Shown here: piece after piece, positions 36,662-46,700 of the stretch
Layout: each line of letters opens with the position of its first letter
Numbering within the stretch: position 1 is the stretch's first letter
NCBI GenBank assembly: GCA_002269645.1
Contig: NIVC01002895.1
Location: 1-64,000, forward strand
From: Macrostomum lignano
Lineage: Eukaryota
Direction: 5' to 3'
Length of the DNA stretch: 64,000 bases
Translations under genes and position numbers: made by a program
Notes under the pieces: generated by a model
The model's input: only the letters and a program-made list of their open reading frames with translations
Told to the model about the DNA's origin: nothing
Databases searched by the model: none

Positions 36662-37391
36662 GCTGCTTGTTTAATCGCCTTGTCAAGGGTGCTTTGTGGG
36701 CAAAGCTGAGCTGGTGCAGTGCCTTATGCAGTGGCTGTGTAGGCCTGTAAAGCAAAGTAGCAAAGCCTGTCTGCTCCATAGGATTGTCAGACATATTAAG
36801 GCAAATAGAGACAAGCAATGTGGGCAATAAGCAAAAAAACAGGCACAATAAATAGGCAGATGGGCACAGAGAAAGGAGGTAAATAGGTGAGCGAAAATAA
36901 ATAATATGCGTACAGGCAGTAGCAGCAGTTGGTGAGAGTATCAAAGATGGAGATTTACAAATTTAGTCTATGCAATCGTTAAGTTTCACCTTTTATACTC
37001 CTCCATCTGTCTAACCAATAGACAAACAAGTTCAACTGATGGAAAAGCATTGTCACCCTGCAGCAACCAATTAAGAAATTAGGCCTGCTCCTAACACTTC
37101 TTTATTACATGACATCTACCCTAGCTAAATGCTTTGTGTAACAAGTTTACTAAAGCCATCATTTCAATAGGGTCTATACAGATTATATAGATTAACATTT
37201 CTACCTTAGAGCTCAATCTGAATAAAGCTATTGAAAAATGAAAGTAGATCTAAGAAAGATAGGAAGACCTTCCTATTTTTATTAAGGTCCTTTTGCACTG
37301 ACCTTTAGAAAGATTCTTAAGCTTTAATCCCCAAGTTTAAGAAATTCAACTTTGAAGCATTCATCCATCCCAAACATACATGATGCGCAAC

Positions 37392-37531
37392 CTTGGGAAT
37401 CGCCCGGCTGTTTCTATTGGTAACACATGTGTAAGTCGCTATTGGCTGAGAGCAGTCACGTGACTACTATTCTGTCGAATAGCGACGTACATGGGTGTGT
37501 TGCCAATAGAAACGGCTGGGTGATTCCCAAG
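37392..37531. promoter_or_regulatory. 140-bp foldback centred on GTCACGTGAC, about 240 bp upstream of the FAM193 ATG
   Basis: 35-bp outer arms (31/35 match), inner arms GTCGCTATT/AATAGCGAC, central E-box palindrome at 37455-37464, several ATTGG/CCAAT motifs. Regulatory role is inference. Confidence 0.55.
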
Positions 37532-37769
37532 ATCGCTCCCAAGCATGATCCCAAGGGCATTAAAACACTTTTTTATGTTTCTAATAGTAACCGCATGTAT
37601 ATTTAACTACCATAGGAGTCTCAGGGCTCTTTAAAATAATAAAACACGCCCGCATCTTTCAGGTCCAACAGCCATCCGCCAGGACCTGAACCGTGGCGTC
37701 ATCCAATCGGCCATTCTGCCATCGTCGCCACTCAGCCGCCCTCCGCTTGACGCCGGCTGAGCGATCGTC

Positions 37770-40700
37770 ATGAGCGGCCCGGATCCGGCCGCCGATCCCG
37801 CCCGGCCGCCACCGCCTCCGCCTCCTCCACCGCCTCCGCCGGCCTCTGCAACGGCGGCGGAAAAGTCGACCACCCCGACCGACGAGCTGAAAGCCCCCGC
37901 CGACCAAACGGACGCGCCCTGCGACTGCCGTGTCTGCCGGGCGGCCAGCGCCGCCGGGAGCGCCGGCCGGAGGCGGGTGGCCACCGTTGCCGCCAGGGTG
38001 CAGCGAAGCCTTCGAGCGCTGAGCAGCGGCGGCGACTGCGCGGATCAGCAGCTGCAGCAGCCGGCAACCCCGGATCCCAAGCTGGCGCGGATGGCCGACT
38101 GGCTGGTCGATCGGGACCCCGGAGCTCTGTACAATGCGCTCGAGGATGTGGGCCGGCAGCAGGTAGCTGCTTCTTGCCATCCCCTAGTGTTCCCCAATCC
38201 CATCCCCTAATGTTCCCCAATCCCCATCCCCTAGTTGTGGGACGATGAGCCAGTAAGTGGCATAGAAAAAAATGCGAGCGAAGCGAGAATTTTTTTCTAT
38301 GGTGCTTACTTTTGCGAAATCGTCCCTGATAAGATTGGGTAACGGTGTCACATAGGAAAATGACGTTTTTCAACTTTGAAACGCTGCGCATAAAAAACGG
38401 TACGACCGATTTACAAACAGTTTTTGCCAAAATGTGTCAAAGACCTAGCGCTATCGGATGCACAATAGTTGGTTGCTATGGCAACGCGTTTTGGTTGCCA
38501 TGGCAACCAAAAACTGCGTTTTTTCGACTTTGTCAAAAACTTTGATCTCAAAAAATAAGGATTGAGAATATGGCAGCGCTTAGCGAGTGGGCTCAGTAAA
38601 CGCGGGCATTCAAACGCTACAATGATCAGAAATGGATTTTTTGATTGTACTTTAACTTTTAGGGTAAAAGTGCAAAAAACGTGTTTTCTGAGGTCGAAAA
38701 ATCGGCATTTTTTTCAACTTTGCCTCACCGCAGCGAAAAGGACGCGCGATAGCGCGGCCTTTGAGCTGCCTCATAGCGTCAATAACACCTGGGGCTGTTT
38801 GATGCGCTATAGTTTTTAGGGCTAAAATGTACTTTTCACATGGCTGCCTATCTGCTGTTTAAAAGTACAAATTTTTAGTGCACTTTTGTGAGGCCTATGG
38901 CGTCGAGATGGAAAACTTTATTTTTGCTGTTTTGTATACCAAATAACTCAAATGGATGTCTTTTAATCGGAAACATCGAGATTTGGCCGATTGGGCCATC
39001 AATAACCTGCCCAGGTGCCAAAGAGTGCCTAAAAACGACATTTTCGAAAAATTGGGTCACGTTTTAAAAAAGTAGTCCTCAAACTTGAAAAAGTGTTTTA
39101 TGCTACAGTGTTGAGACTTTAACACGACGTGTCAAACATATGGAAATTTGTTTTCCTAAATTTTCTAAGCATTTGGACCTACCTGTGCTGAGCAGTGACC
39201 CGGAAACCAGGGAAAAAAGAGGCCGGGGGGCACTGCAGAAAATCAGACGTTGTTAAGGAAATTTTTTTTAAATGGGGCAAAGTTTTTCGAGTATGGCGTC
39301 AAATTGTAGCCTATCGGATGCCCTTTTGAATGACATAAAACACTCCTGAAAAAACCTCTGTTAACAGGTACTTTTTACCTGTTAAGTGAAAAACGGCCCA
39401 TTCGGGGTACAAACTTTGAAGTCGAAAAATAAGAATTTTTGCGCACCGATTTTTCTGCATTTTCAATATTGTTTAGTCGAATAGCTAAAGTTACACCGGT
39501 CATACGCCAATATGGCTGGAAAATTCGTATTTTTGAGAAAATTGGCTCCGAATTTTTAGAAGGCTATTTTTGGGCAAATTTTGAGCATACTTTTGCTAAT
39601 AACTCTGCATTGGCAAGGCCTAGAGACTCAATTTTGGTGTCTAAAAACAGCACTATGGATGCACTGTGCAACTAAATTAGTTTTGAAAACTGATTCTTAA
39701 GTTAATAGGTCTTAATACCTGTTTGAATACCTGTCAGAACAGGTGAAAATGCACAATTTGGCGCCTAGGAGGCGTAAAATTTGTTGACATACTTTAAAAA
39801 TGCATTAGATGAATGCGCCTTGATGTTATCTCTGTAACGACATGCAACTCGCATTTTTAGATGAAGGCGCTGCGATGCAGCGAGCAGAAATGTATGAAAA
39901 AGCAGCAAAAATCGTAAAAGTGGCTACCATAGGGAATATTCGATATAAAGGGCGTGCACTGTAGAGCTTCGCTTAAGCAAGAGATGGATCGGGGCCGAAG
40001 GCAGTTGCTTTGTAAATGGCCTAAACACGGGTTCGAATCCCAAGTGGGCCAAGTTTTTTTTTTAAATTTAATTTTTTTAGCAGGAACGGATTTATTAGTA
40101 TTTTCAATTCTCTTTCACTTGAATATAATTTAATATTGATTGTTTAATTTTCATTTCCTTCTATACCTTATTAAAGAGTAAGAGTGAAGCTGAAAGTGCG
40201 GCACAGATGATTTGTTAGTGCAGAAAAAATATTACGATACATATCGGCAAGTATCATGTGTTGCGCGGTCGCCAAAGGCTTACAAGCAGTTTTAGCATGC
40301 TAAAAAGATGTGTTAGAGGTGAGAAGAGTTGCGGAGGGGTGGGGTGGGGGAGCGGGGTGTGGGGGCGGCAGCCCCCACGTTACGCAAACCCCACAACAAC
40401 AACCACCCTCCCCAACAACAACGCGCGGGAGGGGTGGGGGAGCGGGGGTGTGGGGGCGGCCAGCCCCCCACTATACCACTAGAAAAACTAATGCCAGGGG
40501 CGTGGGGGCGGCCAGCCCCCACTATACCACTAGACTAACTAATGCCAGGGGCGTGGGGGCGGCTAGCCCCCACTATACCACTATACCACTAGACTAACTA
40601 ATGCCAGGGGCGTGGGGGGCGGCCAGCCCCCCACTATACCACTAGAAAAACTAATGCCAGGGGCGTGGGGGGCGGCTAGCCCCCTACTATACCACAAGAC

Positions 40701-43700
40701 TAACTAATGCCAGGGGCGTGGGGGGCGGCCAGCCCCCCACTATACCACTAGACTAACTAATGCCAGGGGCGTGGGGGCGGCCAGCCCCCCACTATACCAC
40801 TAGACTAACTAATGCCAGGGGCGTGGGGGCGGCCAGCCCCCACTATACCACTAGACTAACTAATGCCAGGGGCGTGGGGGGCGGCCAGCCCCCCACTATA
40901 CCACTAGACTAACTAATGCCAGGGGCGTGGGGGGCGGCAAGCCCCCCCCCCCACTATACGAGCGTACCACTAGAAGAACTAATGCCAGGGGCGTGGGGGG
41001 CGGCTAGCCCCCACTATACCACTAGACTAACTAATGCCAGGGGTGTGGGGGGCGGCCAGCCCCCCACTATACCACTAGACTAACTAATGCCAGGGGCGTG
41101 GGGGGCGGCCAGCCCCCCCACTATACCACTAGACTAACTAATGCCAGGGGCGTGGGGGGCGGCAAGCCCCCACTATACGAGCGTACCACTAGACTAACTA
41201 ATGCCAGGGGCGTGGGGGCGGCCAGCCCCCCACTATACCACTAGACTAACTAATGCCAGGGGCGTGGGGGCGGCCAGCCCCCCACTATACCACTAGACTA
41301 ACTAATGCCAGGGGCGTGGGGGGCGGCCAGCCCCCACTACACCACTAGACTAACTAATGCCAGGGGCGTGGGGGCGGCCAGCCCCCACTATACCACTAGA
41401 CTAACTAATGCCAGGGGCGTGGGGGCGGCAAGCCCCCCCACTATACGACGTACCACTAGAAGAACTAATGCCAGGGGCGTGGGGGGCGGCTAGCCCCCAC
41501 TATACCACTAGACTAACTAATGCCAGGGGCGTGGGGGGCGGCCAGCCCCCCACTATACCACTAGACTAACTAATGCCAGGGGCGTGGGGGCGGCCAGCCC
41601 CCCACTATACCACTAGACTAACTAATGCCAGGGGCGTGGGGGCGGCCAGCCCCCACTATACCACTAGACTAACTAATGCCAGGAGCGTGGGGGGCGGCCA
41701 GCCCCCCACTATACCACTAGACTAACTAATGCCAGGGGCGTGGGGGCGGCCAGCCCCCCACTATACCACTAGACTAACTAATGCCAGGGGCGTGGGGGCG
41801 GCCAGCCCCCCACTATACCACTAGACTAACTAATGCCAGGGGCGTGGGGGGCGGCCAGCCCCCACTATACCACTAGACTAACTAATGCCAGGGGCGTGGG
41901 GGGCGGCCAGCCCCCCACTATACCACTAGACTAACTAATGCCAGGGGCGTGGGGGGCGGCCAGCCCCCACTATACCACTAGACTAACTAATGCCAGGGGC
42001 GTGGGGGGCGGCCAGCCCCCCACTATACCACTAGACTAACTAATGCCAGGGGCGTGGGGGGCGGCCAGCCCCCCACTATACCACTAGACTAACTAATGCC
42101 AGGGGCGTGGGGGGGCGGCAAGCCCCCCACTATACGAGCGTACCACTAGAAGAACTAATGCCAGGGGCGTGGGGGGCGGCTAGCCCCCACTATACCACTA
42201 GACTAACTAATGCCAGGGGTGTGGGGGGCGGCCAGCCCCCACTATACCACTAGACTAACTAATGCCAGGGGCGTGGGGGGCGGCCAGCCCCCCACTATAC
42301 CACTAGACTAACTAATGCCAGGGGCGTGGGGGGCGGCAGCCCCCCACTATACGAGCGTACCACTAGACTAACTAATGCCAGGGGCGTGGGGGGCGGCCAG
42401 CCCCCCACTATACCACTAGACTAACTAATGCCAGGGGCGTGGGGGGCGGCCAGCCCCCCACTATACCACTAGTCTAACTAATGCCAGGGGCGTGGGGGGC
42501 GGCCAGCCCCCCACTACACCACTAGACTAACTAATGCCAGGGGCGTGGGGGGGCCAGCCCCCACTATACCACTAGACTAACTAATGCCAGGGGCGTGGGG
42601 GGCGGCAAGCCCCCCCACTATACGACTACCACTAGAAGAACTAATGCCAGGGGCGTGGGGGGCGGCTAGCCCCCCACTATACCACTAGACTAACTAATGC
42701 CAGGGGCGTGGGGGCGGCCAGCCCCCACTATACCACTAGACTAACTAATGCCAGGGGCGTGGGGGGCGGCCAGCCCCCACTATACCACTAGACTAACTAA
42801 TGCCAGGGGCGTGGGGGGCGGCCAGCCCCCCACTATACCACTAGACTAACTAATGCCAGGAGCGTGGGGGGCGGCCAGCCCCCCACTATACCACTAGACT
42901 AACTAATGCCAGGGGCGTGGGGGCGGCCAGCCCCCACTATACCACTAGACTAACTAATGCCAGGGGCGTGGGGGCGGCCAGCCCCCACTATACCACTAGA
43001 CTAACTAATGCCAGGGGCGTGGGGGGCGGCCAGCCCCCACTATACCACTAGACTAACTAATGCCAGGGGCGTGGGGGCGGCCAGCCCCCCACTATACCAC
43101 TAGACTAACTAATGCCAGGGGCGTGGGGGGCGGCCAGCCCCCACTATACCACTAGACTAACTAATGCCAGGGGCGTGGGGGCGGCCAGCCCCCACTACAC
43201 CACTAGACTAACTAATGCCAGGGGCGTGGGGGCGGCCAGCCCCCACTATACCACTAGACTAACTAATGCCAGGGGCGTGGGGGGCGGCAAGCCCCCCCCC
43301 CACTATACGACGTACCACTAGAAGAACTAATGCCAGGGGCGTGGGGGGCGGCTAGCCCCCCACTATACCACTAGACTAACTAATGCCAGGGGCGTGGGGG
43401 GCGGCCAGCCCCCCACTATACCACTAGACTAACTAATGCCAGGGGCGTGGGGGGCGGCCAGCCCCCCACTATACCACTAGACTAACTAATGCCAGGGGCG
43501 TGGGGGGCGGCCAGCCCCCACTATACCACTAGACTAACTAATGCCAGGAGCGTGGGGGGCGGCCAGCCCCCACTATACCACTAGACTAACTAATGCCAGG
43601 GGCGTGGGGGGCGGCCAGCCCCCACTATACCACTAGACTAACTAATGCCAGGGGCGTGGGGGGCGGCCAGCCCCCACTATACCACTAGACTAACTAATGC

Positions 43701-46700
43701 CAGGGGCGTGGGGGCGGCCAGCCCCCACTATACCACTAGACTAACTAATGCCAGGGGCGTGGGGGGCGGCCAGCCCCCCACTATACCACTAGACTAACTA
43801 ATGCCAGGGGCGTGGGGGGCGGCGAGCCCCCCACTATACCACTAGACTAACTAATGCCAGGGGCGTGGGGGGCGGCCAGCCCCCCACTATACCACTAGAC
43901 TAACTAATGCCAGGGGCGTGGGGGCGGCCAGCCCCCACTAGACCACTAGACTAACTAATGCCAGGGGCATATGTCATAGCATATGTCATAGCCATAAAAG
44001 GATAAAAACACAATATATAAACCATCGTCCCACCTTTGAAGACGACAGCGTCTTCATTCACTAGTGTTCCCAAATCCCCATCCCTTAGTGTTCCCCAATC
44101 CCCATCCCCTAATGTCCCCCAATCCCCATCCCCTAGTGTTCCCCAATCCCCATCCCTTAGTGTTCCCAAATCCCAATCCCCTAGTGTCCCCCAATCCCCA
44201 TCCCCTAATGTTCCCCAATCCCCATCCCCTAATGTTCCCCAATCCCCATCCCCTAATGTTCCCCAATCCCCATCCCCTAATGTTCCCCAATCCCATCCCC
44301 TAGTGTCCCCCAATCCCCATCCCCTAGTGTTCCCCAATCCCCATCCCTTAGTGTTCCCAAATCCCAATCCCCTAGTGTCTCCCAATCCCCATCCCTAGTG
44401 TTCCCCAATCCCCATCCCCTAAAGTTCCCAAATCCCCATCCCTTAGTGTTCCCCAATCCCCATCCCCTAATGTCCCCCAATCCCCATCCCCTAGTGTTCC
44501 CCAATCCCCATCCCTTAGTGTTCCCAAATCCCAATCCCCTAGTGTCTCCCAATCCCCATCCCCTAGTGTTCCCCAATCCCCATCCCCTAAAGTTCCCAAA
44601 TCCCCATCCCTTAGTGTTCCCCAATCCCCATCCCCTAAATTTCCCAAATCCCCATCCCTTAGTGTTCCCCAATCCCCATCCCCTAATGTCCCCCAATCCC
44701 CATCCCCTAATGTCCCCCAATCCCCATCCCCTAGTGTTCCCCAATCCCCATCCCTTAGTGTTCCCAAATCCCAATCCCCTAGTGTCCCCCAATCCCCATC
44801 CCCTAATGTTCCCCAATCCCCATCCCTAATGTTCCCCAATCCCCATCCCCTAATGTTCCCCAATCCCCATCCCCTAGTGTCCCCCAATCCCCATCCCCTA
44901 GTGTTCCCCAATCCCCATCCCTTAGTGTTCCCAAATCCCAATCCCCTAGTGTCTCCCAATCCCCATCCCCTAGTGTTCCCTAATCCCCATCCCCTAATGT
45001 TCCCCAATCCCCATCCCCTAAAGTTCCCAAATCCCCATCCCTTAGTGTTCCCCAATCCCCATCCCCTAATGTCCCCCAATCCCCATCCCCTAGTGTTCCC
45101 CAATCCCCATCCCTTAGTGTTCCCAAATCCCAATCCCCTAGTGTCCCCCAATCCCCATCCCCTAATGTTCCCCAATCCCCATCCCTAATGTCCCCAATCC
45201 CCATCCCCTAGTGTTCCCCAATCCCCATCCCTTAGTGTTCCCCAATCCCCATCCCCTAATGTTCCCCAATCCCCATCCCTTAGTGTTCCCAATCCCCATC
45301 CCCTAGTGTTCCCCAAACCCCATCCCCTAGTGTTCCCCAATCCCCACCCCCTAGTGTTCCCCAATCCCATCCCCTAGATTATTCAATTCCCCTTTTTCTC
45401 CCCCATGACCCATACACTCCAATCGCTCAGCCAGCCCCTTCCTCAACCGCCAGGTGCAAGACGCGCAGAACCGGCTGCTGGCGCAGCTGAAGGACACGGG
45501 GCTGGGCAAGCGAGAGCACTGCCGCGCCTTCGTGCTGGCCATGTGCCGCGAGTTCGAGCGCCTCCGCCGGACAGCAAAGCGTCAGTCAGAGGTGATTCGC
45601 ACACTGGAGGCGACGCACCTGTCAGAGATGGACCTGTCCTGGGAGCTGCTGTGCCAGCACTGGTTCCACTCGCTGGTGTACTGCTGTGACCAGATGCGCG
45701 CGGTGCACTGCGTGCTCATGGAGCGGCTCAAGCCGCTGCCGGACGAACGCGAGACTCCGTCGCCGTTGAAGCGATTCCTCGAGCTGGACTCGGCGATGTC
45801 TGAGGTGGCCAAGCGGTGGCGCAAGGCACAGCAGCTGCTTGACACCTGGCAGGAGAGGAACTGCCCGCCGCCCACCGCTGCCGCCTGCCTTGGCCTGGCC
45901 GAGGACCTGCTGTCCGACGAGTCTCTCATGCGCCAGCTGTATAAGATGCACGTCAGCCAGGGTGAGCTGCCACCGACCTCTGGTCCCACTGGTCTGATCC
46001 CACTGACTGCTCTGATCTGATCCATGTGTCCTAAAAATCTTAACTACTTTGATATTCCATCTGATGCTACTGATCTACCACCAGAAGACCCTACTGTCCC
46101 ACTACTGAACCCTCGCTCTCTCCCCCTCCATCAGGCGGTCAGTTAAACGGCGCCAGTCCGGCCGGCGGCAGCCAGTCGCCAGCAGCGGCAGCATCTTCAG
46201 CCTCATCTACTGCGTCAACCAGCGGCTTGGATGGCACGGCGGCGTCCTCGTACACATGCATGAAGTGCCGTCGCACCCTGTGCGCCTGCTCGGTATGCTC
46301 ATTCTCTCACTACGTGACCTGCGGCATGCGGCCCGGCTTCGTCGACGCTGAGGATCTCGAAGCCGAGGTCGAAGCGGAGCGGCGGCAAAGGCGGAGGCGC
46401 AGGCGGCGGCAGCAGGAGCAGCGGGAGCAGCAGCGCGGCTGCTCCGCCGGCTCGCGGGGCTCCTGTCGCTGCGGCAGCGGCGCGGACTCGGCGTCCGGCG
46501 GCTCCTCGGCGTCGTCGTCTCCGGCCGATTCGCCTGACCGGCTGTCGCTATCCGACTCGTCCTTCTACTCCACTTCTTCGTGTACGGGTTCGTCGCGATC
46601 CGGGTCGAATTTCGAGGCCGCCGCCGCCGCTGTCATGGCCGACCAGCGCGGGCGGGCGCGGCAGAGACGCCGGTTGAGGCGCGGTGGCGGCAGCGGCGAT

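Larger units (their letters stand above)
38235..44064 (+). mobile_element. Non-autonomous Helitron/Helentron-like element in FAM193 intron 1
   Basis: Subterminal inverted repeat GTGGGACGATG (38237-38247) and CATCGTCCCAC (44023-44033); 3' hairpin TGAAGACG-ACAG-CGTCTTCA (44037-44056); terminal CTAG (44061-44064) followed by T. Interrupts a 24-bp minisatellite and contains a central tandem array. Confidence 0.72.

Noticed and set aside
39982-40063. Functional tRNA gene
   Set aside because: Only the B box is canonical; acceptor and D stems do not pair convincingly, so it is kept as a tRNA-like relic only.
40258-45370. Many ORFs with GWGLG/PNPHPL/YTTRLTNARG repeats
   Set aside because: Translations of intronic satellites within FAM193 intron 1.
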